From: Vezdaea acicularis
Lineage: Eukaryota
DNA length: 64,000 nt
Direction of reading: 5' to 3'
Assembly: GCA_026025075.1 (NCBI GenBank)
Contig: JAPEUI010000045.1
Location: 1-64,000 of the forward strand
Positions 48,755-61,071 of this stretch are shown here, in pieces. The notes below the pieces were generated by a model that saw nothing but the letters and a program-made list of their open reading frames with translations, did no database searches and was not told the origin of the DNA. A program made the translations under genes and the position numbers. Numbering within the stretch: position 1 is the stretch's first letter; the number at the start of each line of letters is the position of its first letter.

Positions 48755-50365
48755 ATGACGATACCTAGCGGCACCCCAGCTCCCTCCATAGACTGTGACA
48801 GCGATTCTGAATGGGAATACGAGTATTCTCCTACCGAAACCGAGTCCATCTACGCCATCATCGACCTCGGCGTCAGCGGCGTCCCGGAACCTCGCAGACA
48901 ACGCTCCAAGGTCCCACCAGCCGCCGAACCCGACGAGCGCACATTCCAGGTCCTTGACCTTCACACTAAGAACCCGATAGTAGCATGCAATAACAAGCTG
49001 TTTAGCTGTCACTGGGCAGAGCCAATTGGCAGCACGCTCGTTTTCGACGCCTCCGGTGGAAATGGAGACGGTGATAGCTCCTCTCCGAGCCTCCTACCCC
49101 ACTTAACGACCTCGCCCCTCCGCCTTGTATGCACGCCCGCGACACTCATCCCGAAAGTAGACAGCCGTGTGGAACGCTCTTCCATCGCTATCTCATATCT
49201 CAAGAGCGCGACCGAGTTCAATGCATTCAACTACGTCCACGAGCTCTCTCCTTCGTCATTGACTCAGGCTAGTAGCCCTGATACTGCCACCAACAATATC
49301 GAAGCAGCCGGCGGCTCTCCTGACCGCACTACCAGCACGGAAAACCCTGAGCGTGCCGATAATACCGCGGACGCAAACCACGATGATCGTATTCCTCTCA
49401 GCGCAACTTTCAACAGCACCCCCCCGGTCAAAGCGAAGCCCTACCGAGACAAAATCCCCGTCCCACCCGGCACATCAGTGCAACGCAAACGGCAAGCGTT
49501 GTTTCTCGAGCGACTCCAGGCTATCAAGCGGAAACGGGGCGAGAAAGACGACGTCACAATCTTTGCAACGAAGCGGATAAAAGAGAATCTCCGGACAAAG
49601 AAAGATGCAGCATGGGTCGAGTTTCTGGGCGAGGGAGGAGATGACGATGAGGAGGATGGCGGAGAAGACGGAGAAGAGGATGAGTTGGGAGGAGGGGGAA
49701 GAGAAGAAGATGAAGAGGGGGAGGAGCAAGGAGAGGAAGAAGTAGAAGACCGTGCTGCTCCAGGAAGCGCAGGAGAGCCATGGGACGCAGCTGATGAGAT
49801 AGAAGAACCCGACACCGCTGCTACACAAAGCGACGAACGCCTCCCTCCTCCTCTGCCCGCAAACCCTAGCCTAACACCAGCACAAGCGCGAACACCAACC
49901 TCCCAAATCACCCCAGACCCCGCGCCCACAGTAATATCCACTACCCGCCTCCCAACCCTAGCACGCAAAGGCATACCTACCACACAACTCAAAACGCGAC
50001 TAAGACGGCAGCAACAACAACCGCTCCTATCCACCACCACCACCCTCCCGCGCGTACGCGGCCCGGACATCGCGTACCGCCGCAGACGAGGCGGCGGGGC
50101 CGTGATGGATATGTTTGCTGATAAGCGCGAGAAAGGAGTGGTTCTTGGAGAAGGAAGGGTTAGGCAGATGTTTGAGGGTGTTGAGGGGGGCTTTGGACAG
50201 GGAGCAGGGGATAGGGGGGTGGTGGAGGTGGATGAGGAGGAGGAAGCGGGTCTTGTGAGGACTGGGGATATGGAGATGGGGGATGTGGACTATGGAGAGG
50301 GAGATGGTGGCGGGGATGCGGTGGAAGCGGACGACAATCTAAACTCCACAGCAGAAAAGCCGTAG
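48755..50365 (+). CDS. TFIIIC triple-barrel-domain (TFIIIC_sub6-like) protein, 536 aa
   Basis: N-terminal EWEYEYSPTETESIYAIIDL...FQVLDLHTKNPIVACNNKLFSCHWAEPIGSTLVF; RQALFLERLQAIKRKRGEKDDVT; long low-complexity tail. Confidence 0.82.
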   Translation: MTIPSGTPAPSIDCDSDSEWEYEYSPTETESIYAIIDLGVSGVPEPRRQRSKVPPAAEPDERTFQVLDLHTKNPIVACNNKLFSCHWAEPIGSTLVFDASGGNGDGDSSSPSLLPHLTTSPLRLVCTPATLIPKVDSRVERSSIAISYLKSATEFNAFNYVHELSPSSLTQASSPDTATNNIEAAGGSPDRTTSTENPERADNTADANHDDRIPLSATFNSTPPVKAKPYRDKIPVPPGTSVQRKRQALFLERLQAIKRKRGEKDDVTIFATKRIKENLRTKKDAAWVEFLGEGGDDDEEDGGEDGEEDELGGGGREEDEEGEEQGEEEVEDRAAPGSAGEPWDAADEIEEPDTAATQSDERLPPPLPANPSLTPAQARTPTSQITPDPAPTVISTTRLPTLARKGIPTTQLKTRLRRQQQQPLLSTTTTLPRVRGPDIAYRRRRGGGAVMDMFADKREKGVVLGEGRVRQMFEGVEGGFGQGAGDRGVVEVDEEEEAGLVRTGDMEMGDVDYGEGDGGGDAVEADDNLNSTAEKP

Positions 50366-51461
50366 TCGGCATACCTAACAACGCATGCGAAAAAAGTCTA
50401 TAAAAGATAGTCCTCTCCACCACAAACACCCCTTTAAAGTCCCTCCCACCTCCCCAACCCATCCACCCATCATCCCTCCTACCCCCCAAACACCCAGCCC
50501 AACTCCACAAAATCTCCACCACTAACCCTCCTATATCCACCAACCAACCCAAACCCCTCACCTCCCTCATCCCCAAAACCACTTACCCCCCCCATATCCC
50601 AAAAAGGAGGGGGCATACCCGCATCCAAACCTCCCATCAGACTGGCCCTTCGTTATCGAGCCATGGGGGGAGTGCTGTAGGGTCCGTAGGAGAAGGTTGG
50701 TTCATGGGGGGGGCCGAAGAGGGGTAAGGGGACGAGTTTGATGGGAGGTTCGACCTTCAGGAGGGTTTCTGCGGTTATGATGCTGGGGCCTGACGCTGGG
50801 CGCGAGACGGAAGGAGGGGGGATAGGTGATGGGGGTACACAGCGATGTGGATGCTGCGCAGAGGAAGCAGTTCAGAACGATATTTTCTGATTCTAAGCAT
50901 ACACCTCCCCCACCCAGGGAAGTAGTCCCGTGAGCCCTCTTCCCTCCCCGAACGTCTACCTAGCTAGCTGTAAAAGCCACATATCTCGACCAAAACAGCA
51001 GCCAGTTCCATGATCAATAGATAGAGGGAAAAAAAAGAGGAGAAAAAACAAGACAGACCAACCGACCGACCTCGGATCGAATCACCCAAAATAGAATGAG
51101 AGAGAGAGAGAGAGATGGGACGGAGGAAGAGGAAGAAAGCAAGCAAGACAAACGCATGAAATGCAAGAAAACACACCGGGGAATCCGAGGAACAAGAATA
51201 ACGCAGCAGTAGCAACAGTATCGATTGGCTCGCACTCCCTTTCTTGAGACCAAACACCAGAGGTAAGAAGAAAAAAATCGCTTCCTTGCGAGTCATGCCA
51301 CGGACCCGCTTTAGTCGATAGAGGACAGCAATAACAGTATATGTGCACATACACGCCTCTTCCATGCAGCCCCGCTTCCCCACTCTTGCTCTATCTCACC
51401 AACAAACACATACACACAGCACACACCCGCGAAATCGAAAGTACTGCTAGCAGCAGTCCGA

Positions 51462-54400
51462 TCAAACGACGGCCCACTCGCTCCCACGCTTGATGAATTT
51501 ATCTAGCATGGTGCCCAGATCGGCCAGGACGAAGCGACAGATGTAAAACGCAAAAAACTCCGCTGCGTGGCGCGTGCTCAGCTCAAGCCCGACTTGCGTC
51601 TGCGAGGAGTGCTTCAGGCCTGGATCTTCTACTTGGCGGGCGATTTGATCTGCAGCGAACAAAAAGTTGGCGTCAGTATGTGTTGATCGTACCGGAGTAG
51701 AAGTGAGGGGGATGGATGTGACGAGATTAAACATAGGGAGTGGAGAGATAGGGATAACAATAGAAGAACCTTACCCAAAACCTGCGCGGCGTCAAATAGC
51801 CTCGCTAGCGCACTCATATAGTTCGCGTTCGGGCCAGAGAAGGGTACTAAGCCGACGTCTCTCTTCGGGTGACGCACCGCGCTCGCCGTCGTCATAGGCA
51901 GGGACGCCATGCTGAGGGCCTCCTTCGTGGAATCCTTGGCAGTAGTTGTGGAGGCGTTACTTGCCACGCCAATGCCCGAGTTCTTGTTGCGCAGCCGCCG
52001 CCACGACAAGTAGCTCTTCCCGCTGTTCGTCGACTGCTTTGAAGACGCCTCACTCTGCCCGCCCGTGCCTGCTTCAGCACCGCCAGCCATGGCGGGCGCA
52101 TCTTTGAAAAGGGCGGCGGACCCTTGCACGCCGACATCGCTGCCGAGCTTCTTGGTCAGGGCCGCTTGTACTTGATCGAGAACGTGTTCGAGCGCTTGCA
52201 TCTCCTCGAGCACGGCGTCTGCGTCAATTGTGTCAACTTGGTCGAGCTTCAGCAGCGCGGCCGTAAGCAGATCGCAGCTGGAGATCTTCTCTTCGAGCCC
52301 CTTTATCTTGGAGACTTTGACGCGCCATGCGTCGCGCGGGACGAAGAGCGCGGTGGTCAGGTAGCCGCCTTTCGGATGCGTGAGGGTTTGGTAGAGGCAG
52401 CGCATGAGCCAGAAGGGCCGCCATGCGGATTCGGAGGGGCAGGGTTCAAGGGGATGGGGTCCGTCAGCAAGGATGGGGTTGGGTGTGCCGGGTTGTGTAG
52501 GGGAATGGATGTCGGAGTCAAAGAGGTATAGGCCACCGGTGGGTAGGCCGTTGAGGGTGAAGGTTTGAGCGGTGGGGGTGGGAAGTGCAGGGATGGTAGG
52601 TGGTGCCACTTTACGGGTGAGTGAATTCGAAGAGAAGTTGTGGCTGAGGGGTGTGCTTGGTGAGACTTCAGAGCCTTCAGGGCTCGAGACGGAGAGGTTG
52701 CGGTTTTTGAGACTTTGGGAGGAGTAGTTCTTCCGGAGAATACCAGACCCGGCAGATCGCTTTTCTGTGAGGCGTGGGGAGCCAGATCGAGGGGCATTGG
52801 ATATGTCGCTACCTTGAGAGAAGGTCTTGGTGAGGGCGTGATTGCTTGCGGTCGATGCACTTGGCATGGTCTCCGAGGGGCTCTGGTCGGGTAATGGAGA
52901 GTGTGCTCTTCGTAGACCGAGGGGCATCGCCGTAGCTGGCGGATTGACCATCATGCTTGGCGTCATAGGTGGGAATGTTGGCGCTGTTTTTGGCGGTGCG
53001 CTGTTTGCATCGCCTATAGGCACCCTGGGTGGCGGCATCGAGGGTGGGTCTGTTATGGGTCGGTGAGGGCTCGTGGATGGCCTTTGGATGGTTTCTATCT
53101 TAAGAGCCATGTGGTTTTGGCCGGACAATCTTCTACTTCGAACGCCCATGATCGATACAGAGCCCCTGTTGCTTGGAGGTTGAGGAGGTGCTATTGTAGG
53201 TGGTGGATGAAATGGAAGGGTGGAGGTCGTTGCAGGTGGCGGGGGCAGAGCCGCAGTAGGGGGCGGGTGAAGAGGTGCTGGTGCTTTCGGCCTCAACTGG
53301 TTCGGTAGCATTGGCAGCGATGGTGCTTCGGATAGAGTCTGTAATGAAGTTCCCGCCGTTGTGGGGTTGGAACCTATCGAGCTTCCCCACGTCCTACCGG
53401 AGAACCCGCTTGAGTCTGACTCTCGCGGTAACGCGGATTTCGATTGCAGGTCGAACTCAAAGTCGTCCATGATATATCCCCGTGTCATCTCTTCCAACAT
53501 GCGCTCTTCCTCCTCTGCCTCCTCTTCACCGTATTCTAACTCAGTGCTGTCGTTCCGGTTGTGATTAGTTGACTTTTCCACCAGCCGTCTCTTCTCCCTA
53601 TCTTTCGCCAGCTGTATGGCTGCCTCCCGCTCAGCCTCTCGAACTCTTTCCTTTGCTAGCTCCACGTTCCTCATTCTCATGGACACAACATCATCTCCCG
53701 TCGGATCCTGAGTAATATCATCCTCCACAGCAGGCTCAAAGCCATCACCGTACGCAGCCTCAATCGCATCGTCGAGGGCGGCATCAAATCCTGCCTCGGT
53801 CGCTCCACTTGCAGCTCTTATACGCTTCCGTCGTAGACCTTGTTGCGACGAGCGTGAATGTACGGATGATGCGGATGAGCCACCGGATTCATCGATGGTG
53901 TCTAGCCATGATGTAGACTCTGTGCTGGGAGAACGCGAGTGTGATGCCCGCTGTGGAGGATATAACGATTGTGCCGATTGAGTGTCCCTACCTCTCTCAG
54001 GACTTGTAGGTGATGGTGGAGGTCGGGGAGATAGTGACAAGGGCGGAGGCATGTACTCATGGTCCATTGGAGGCTTTAGGCCTAGGGCATTGCCCACGGC
54101 AAGGGATCGAGGGTTGCCAGACCAGTCGTCTTGCTTTCGAGGCGATTTTGAGGGTGATGTCGAAGGTGCCCCCGTTCTATCGAACGGAGAAGGCAATAGC
54201 GATTCCCGCCTGGGAGGTATCTGGGTATGTGTCAAAACGTGAGAAGCCTTGCTGCCGGCGCCATAGCTCGTATCATTCATTATTCTTGTTACCGTTGCTG
54301 TCTCTATTGTTGCCGCATCTTGACTGTCCGCGCTCACAGGGGAAGTTGGAATTCCATCTATATAGTCGTTGCTCTCGGGGCGAGCCGGTAACGCTTTACT

Positions 54401-55691
54401 AGGGTCTTGTCGAAACTGGGGTGCGATATTATCGAGTTCTGCTATCCGGTTTGTATAAGTATTACGCTGTAAGGGCACCAAGGTCAGCCTTCAATTTTCG
54501 ACACGGCTGCGGTTCTCAATGTCTACTCACGATAGCCTCTAGCTTTCGCTTGTCATCATCCCCAGAACTTCGTTGCATGACTTGTCCGAGTAAAGCACAG
54601 GCCTCCCGATACGCTTCCATCGCCCCAGCAAAATTCAAGGCATTGTCTAGCTGCACTGCTGTGTTGGCCTTCTGCAATGCTTTCGACAGCATTGCTTTCT
54701 GAGAGGGCTGCTTTTCACTACTCTTCTCACCCCTACTTCTTACCGAAGAAGATGAACTGGTGACTCCAGTACCAGAGGCCTCTCCACTTCCCTTACTGTT
54801 GCCATCTCGATTTCGCGAATGGCCGCGGTCCGATTGTTTTCGATCACTGTCGCGCCGCTTACGCCTTGTGGAAGAGGAATCGAGAGAGGATGTCGTCGTT
54901 GTACCAGAAGAAGTATACGGCCGAGGCGGCTCCAGACTTGCATGAGGGGCAAATCGGCCGGCCGAAGTGAGAGGTGTGACTGGAGCGGATGCTTTTAGTT
55001 TCGATAACGGTTCTTTTCGCTTGGGAGCAGATTTGCCATGCCAAGTTTCGCCAAAATAGTCAGTGCTTCCGAACGATTTGGGGGTTGAAGTCGTGGAGGA
55101 AAGTGGCTGGGCATCGCTGACCGCTTGCGCCAAGGAAGGTAAGGTAACGACAGGTGGGAGGGACATGATGGACACCGTGGACTGCGAGGTCTCCGGAGAA
55201 CGGGCATTGTTACTGGAAGCAGTTGGTCTGTTCTTCGGCGAATTATTCCTCTGCGAGCCAGCCGTTGCGGTCGCAAGGGCTCCGAGAGAAGCAAAAGGAG
55301 CGGTGGCGCCGACACTGAACCTTTTCGTGAAGCTACTGGTTCGCTTGTGGGTCGAAGTTGCACTCGAGGTGGTTGATTGAGACCAGCGGTTGTAGTTTCC
55401 AACACTATCGCGCGTCCCCGAAGTGCTGTTGGAACGACTATGTCCGTTGGATTGACGACGAGCTCCCGACGGTGGTGGTGGACTCTTCGTCGACCACATC
55501 GGGGTAGTATTCGATTCTGATGACCCCTGCGACCACGGCCCAGCTCCAAACGGCCTCGTCTCCTGCTGCTGTTGCGGAATTCCACCCCGATGCACCGTGA
55601 CGGTCGAAGAGACTGACGCTGAATTCGACGAGGAGCTCGGTCGTTGATATGCTGCACTGGGCCCGTGACTCGGTCCGGACGAGGTCAACAT
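51462..55691 (-). CDS. Large fungal MIT-domain protein, 3 exons
   Basis: Exons 55691-54531, 54466-51775, 51649-51462. MIT domain QKAMLSKALQKANTAVQLDNA.NF.GA.EAY..AC.LL; C-terminal RPFWLMRCLYQTLTHPKGGYL and LELSTRHAAEFF.FYICRFVL. Confidence 0.92.
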
Positions 55692-58022
55692 GTTGAAGAT
55701 GCCCGCCGCTCAGCGTCCCCACTGGCTGTCGCCGCTGCAATGACTACCATACGACCCTTGTTGTCGTCTACCCGGGCTGATCATGCTCTATCGACACGCA
55801 TGAGACCCATATCGACGTCGGATGTTGCGAGGACGGGGGGTAATCGACGGTCAATTGAACGAAAAAATCCGGGGGGCGGTTGGAGGTCGAAGATGCGGGT
55901 TGTCGGAATGGAGATCCAGGATGGCGCGGTTCCCTACTCCTTGAAGGCGATCCCCATCTGCTGGTCGATCAGGCGGACGCAGAGATTCGCGTTGCACCAG
56001 GTCCGTTGCACAGGTCGGTCGCACGAGGAGTTGTCGAGGTGCAGAGAGAGCAGAGTATGGCAAGACGGAGGGACGAGCGCAGCATCTGGAAGTTCGGGAG
56101 ATCTCTGGTCGGTGACAGGCAAGGAAAGGCATGGCGGCCAGGCACGGCCCCCTGTGGGATGGGGGGGGCCGCTAGCCGTTAAAGGCGCGAAAGGGGAAAC
56201 GGCGCAGGGAAAGGAGGAAGCGGAAGCAGCAGCAAAAGCAGCAGCAGAAGCCGTCGCTACTGTAGCGAGCCCGATAGCCAGCGACGGCCATTCGGGTGCC
56301 GCGACTCCGTTGCCCTGGAATGCCCTGCCACTGCTCCCACCACCCGATTCACCGTGGCGGGCACAAAAGCACGCATGCAACAACGTGAGGATACCTCTCG
56401 CAACCTCGTGCAGCGATCATGACATCCGGCGTTGTTCTCATCCCTCGTCCAGGGCGGCCGAGGTGATGCGGGCACCGATTCCGTCAGCACGTCGCTTCGA
56501 AGGAGTGGCAGTATCGGCCGGCAGGGACGGTTCAGACGCTTGCAGGCCGTCCTGTCCTTTTTTCCTATCCACTCAACTCTGCCGATCGATAACCTTCACC
56601 TGCACCGCACAGTAGTCTAATCCAGCGCTCTCGTGCAGGGGATGGTCTCTGTTGCATTATCCACGGACGCTCAGCTTTCCCCCCCTCTGACCGCCTCAGC
56701 TGGGAATCACGGATGCTCGCGGGCCAAAGCGCACGTCTCATCTCAGGAGTGGTGATATATGATGGGCGCGCCGAGGGCGGTAACTAGTCGCAACCGCCAA
56801 TGAAGGCGGACGATTGCGCAACTGCACCCGTCGAATCGATCGGCCAGGAGAACATACTGCCGCCCGCTACTTTGGACGATCAGCACCTGACTGCGGCATG
56901 GCAATATCACCTACACTACGTCAAGTCCGGGCGTGTACAAGTGCAGCTGAAGGCGGTTGGCGCAAGGAGGGACATCTCAGGAGTCGGCGTCGAGGGGCCC
57001 GATGAGGCATCAATTCTCGCGCTTGAGCAGATTGTACATGAACACCACCGCCACTGAAACGACCGCTCTTCCCAACGCAGCGCAAGGCTGGGTGCGGGGG
57101 GGAGAGGGCGATCAATGAAGCTTCAAGGACCAGAGCGCGGGGAGAGATGGCCTTGCTGGGACGGACCCGCACGTTTCAGGAGAAGCTCTCTCCTCCGCAG
57201 TACACGTAAGTTACTTCTCTCGTCCTTCTCTCCTGTTCCCTCATGCGACCATATTCCCTCGCTTGCTGCGCTGCAATGCACGACGGCGGTAGGTACCTCC
57301 CAACAACATTATGGAGAATGCTCGACATGGTCAGGGCCATGGTTTGTCACGCGCCCGAACGATGAATTCACGCTGCAAGGCACATTTGGCGCTCAGAAGG
57401 GGGCGAGACGACATGACCTGCCCTAATGCGAAGAAGCCATTGGACTGGAAGCCGACTCACCACTAGAATTCAAGGTCATGCGTCGCGACGAATGCTCATG
57501 AACCAAGACACTACGTATTTGACGGTCTCACGTACGCCAGTGCCTGACATGGCATGACGCCGCATCGTCTGTTCTCTTTACCTTATCTTGCATGGATAGA
57601 GGGTCTTGCACGATGCGCGCCGGGATTGAAGAGGACCAAATAGTCGATGCTCCAATAACTAACGAGACACATCTGCTTCGCACTGACCTTCATATGGAGT
57701 GTGCGACAAGAGCAAACATCGTCATCTGCTTTCCGACCGTCATGCGCCAGGTCTCTGTTGTCGGAAGAGCTGTTGCAATGTATCACGCACCGAAGAGTTG
57801 ATCAGTGCTCGTTTCTCGCTGTTTGATGCTCGTTTCACCAATCCATCCACGTGGCTGACGATCATTTCCCCCTTGTCGCCCGAGGCCTCTCAGCCTTATC
57901 GACTCATCACTTTTCAGCTTTGTCACTCCCTGCGCACGAGACCATCCATTGGTTGCTACGACGTTTCGAGTGGGCACGGAGGACATGGCAATACGATATT
58001 TCTCTCGCTCCTTGCGCCTATA

Positions 58023-58689
58023 TCACAACTTCGTCTCTCCCTTGATCACATCCCTTAGAAATTTCAAGGCTTCGACTGCGAATGCGATCATATTCTTCTC
58101 ACGTTCCCCTCCCAGTCCGGTTTCAACCTCTCTCGTCAGTGTCGCTCCCTCGGAAGCCACGGCAAGCGCAACATACCCGCTAAGAGATTAGTGCGGTACT
58201 TCCTACGAGAGGATGTGACGTTCAAACGTACGGCGTCCTGTTCCTGGTGTTTCCTCCAGTTGGGCCTGCGGTGCCACTCTCACATACAGTGTAGGTCGAG
58301 CCTAGCCTCTGTCTGACGTTCTCGGCCAGCCCAGACACAACATCTGGAGTAGGACCGCGATAGTTCTGTTTGATCTCCTCCGTCCATCCGGCAAAGGCAA
58401 TACGAGACTCGAGCGTGTACAACTAACGATCGATCAGTTAGGCTCATCGTAGAGACATCGGCCCAAGGTACCGTCAGCCCTCCTCTGTAGATCTTACTGG
58501 CTCCAGGCGTTGACAGCAGCGATGCGGAGATAATACCACCCGCGGCCTGCTTCTTGTCAGCGAAGAAAGACATTAAAGTCGCCGACATACAGTCTCTGCC
58601 ACAGAGATGGTTTCCTTTCTCTCTTTCAACAAATTCACAACATCACCAGCAATCAGTCTGATTGCAGCAGGTGGAAAGTCTGCAGCCAT
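58023..58689 (-). CDS. CinA C-terminal domain / PncC-like protein, 4 exons
   Basis: Exons 58689-58591, 58546-58472, 58422-58232, 58179-58023. Motifs ISVAETAAGGIISASL...PGASKIYRGG, ESGTAGPTGG, PGYVALAV; ends GETKL*. Confidence 0.92.
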
Positions 58690-59582
58690 AACGACGAACT
58701 TTCCTGCCAATCCTCGTCGCTGGAGTTTGCGCCTGTACCGCAGCGGAGTCACACGGATTCCTATCATCGATGTCTTTTCAAACATCGATGAGCTTCACCT
58801 TTCGTCATTTTTCGCTTAGCAGATGGGTACCGAGAGTAGTCGAGTACTTGAACGGAGTCAACTTTCTGTTTGCTTCGTCGTTGATTGATACGATTTTCTA
58901 TCTATCAAAAAATTCCTTTCTTCTCCGCAATCACGGGCCGCTCCCGTACCGAGAGGTTACATACCTGGGTACTCCGATGGTACCCCCACGGGGTCACTTT
59001 ATCACTAATTTCGTGCAGAGCAAACGCGATCACCCATGGTTGCGCTAGTGAGGGCCGCGCTACGTTGCAGGATGGGCTCAGTAAAACCATTGGAGATTGG
59101 TGCTCTTATCTTTTGCGTTTCACGGTCCATCCATCTCGCGCATGGTAAAGCAAGATTCGACATGCGCAACGGACTGACGTGCCAGCGCGGCTGCTTGCAT
59201 CGCAGTTTCGAACGCGCATACTATGCGATGCTATCTCGTGCTCTCCCTTGTCACAAGTGGGAAACTTGGGATGCCATCCCGTGACCGGAAAGTTGATCCC
59301 AGGATCGGGCCCTGGTGACGTGCCCTGGGTTGCTGCCCGGGTCATATATAATGTAGATCAACAAGCAGGTTCAAGAGAGGGGCAGTTCATCAGCTAAACA
59401 GAAAGATCGTGAGATTCCTAGTCGAAAGATCAATATGAGTATCAGATCTTCCCATCATCACAGCGGCCATAGGCGGCCCATTCGCCATGGGCGGACTGGA
59501 GATAACGTAGTCCATCAATATGATGACAGCTGGGGAGATCGACTCGCTGACGCTTACCATGGTGGGCATAACCATTTCGGGA

Positions 59583-60188
59583 ATGTCCTCGAAGGCCAAT
59601 GCTTATGGTAATGTAGATACCTATGGCGCCGAGAACGAAGTAGCAAGTCATCGGCACTCTCCAGACAATCACCGTTCGCACGATCTTGTCGCTACGCAGG
59701 CGCAAGCACTTCTTAAGGCCCTTGGCGATCTTGTCGATGCTTACACTAGATTCACCGACGACTTTGAGCTTGAGGTTGAGGGCATCCGAGGGTATGCACT
59801 GGGCTATCTGGATGAGCTGTGGGCATCAAGGTGGACGTTACATCGTGGCTCCTCGAAGAGGGGGAAAGCAACACAAGAAGCCGCCGAAGATTACAAGGCG
59901 CTCGAGGCATCTCTTGAATACGCGTTCCAAGAGCTTTTCAAGCTGTACAAAAACCGTGCGAAGCACAGTCGGCCGAGGGCACCGGCTGAAGTGGCCAACA
60001 ATCAATTCATCTCGCAGATGAACCAGGCGCGGATCAATCTGGAAGAGCGACGGCGACGCGCCATCCGACACCACGAAAACATGAAGGAGTTCCTGAAGAT
60101 TGCCGAGCTCTTCCAGACGGAGATGGAAGCGTTTGGCAAGACGGACCAGGCTCCGGAAGAGGCTGAGATGGAACCAGCGGAAGAATGA
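59583..60188 (+). CDS. Hypothetical alpha-helical/coiled-coil protein, ~201 aa
   Basis: Uninterrupted ORF (open from 59520) with E/A/K/R-rich composition and C/G-ending codons; divergent from the CinA gene; family not recognised. Confidence 0.6.
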   Translation: MSSKANAYGNVDTYGAENEVASHRHSPDNHRSHDLVATQAQALLKALGDLVDAYTRFTDDFELEVEGIRGYALGYLDELWASRWTLHRGSSKRGKATQEAAEDYKALEASLEYAFQELFKLYKNRAKHSRPRAPAEVANNQFISQMNQARINLEERRRRAIRHHENMKEFLKIAELFQTEMEAFGKTDQAPEEAEMEPAEE

Positions 60189-61071
60189 GCCTTTCCTGCT
60201 GCTCTGTCCGCGATGTGACAACAGCTTTGTCGGTGAAAGGCGTTGATGTAATTGTGACGGTATTATTTTTTCCTAATGCGAGGAGCGCTGGCGCCGTCTT
60301 ATGTTCTTACTTTCCCTTGCGCTCGCACTCGCTCCGCGCAGACCGCCCCATTGCGCTGTACTGTAGCACGGTAGATAGTCTCTAAAATAGCAACTTTAGT
60401 TCCCAGTCGCATAACCGCGACGACTTTGGCAGTTGGCTCCCGCAAGTGCATACCGAAGCCGCCATCGCAACGGCGGCATGGCGAAGCCTTTTGAGGCTGA
60501 AGCCCACCGCACGCGCACTGAGCATTGTGGAGCCCTATCGCGCCCGCGCGAACTCCCCACCGCCCGTCCAATCTGCCTTGGGGACGAAAGGCCGAGCGGG
60601 CCCATCACAAGGCGAGAGCAACGGGAGAAGGAACGAGGCTGTGGCCGCGGGCGGCAGGTTCCGGCTCTTTCCCGATGCGGGCCCAGACCCCTTAGCGCGC
60701 TTTAGCGAGCCCGAGAAAAATTAGCATGCAGCTCTGATTGGCGAAGAAAGGTGGTGCTTGGGTCCAGTTCCTCCCCCCCCCGGGGAACTAGAACGTCGAG
60801 CGCTGCTTGGTTGCTTGGCTGCCGAAGCAATAATGGAATCGAGCCGCCCCTCCTTTACGGGCGGTGCGGTGCGGTGCGGTGCTCGCTGGAAAAAGGCTTT
60901 GTACGCTACATGTTCGCTGGCTGTCGCTGAGCGCGCTCGCTGCTTCATTTCAACAACTTCCTCAGCCTTCCACCTGGTCCTCGCTGCTCTGTTCTTCTTC
61001 ACGATCGTTTCCTCGTGTTCTCCTCTCACGTCTCTCGTTCTCCTCCTCACGGACTTTGATACTCAGGCGTC

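Noticed and set aside
55644..57426. 323-aa and shorter + strand ORFs upstream of the MIT gene
   Set aside because: GC-rich leader/promoter sequence; the 85-aa ORF at 56800 could not be supported by any motif.
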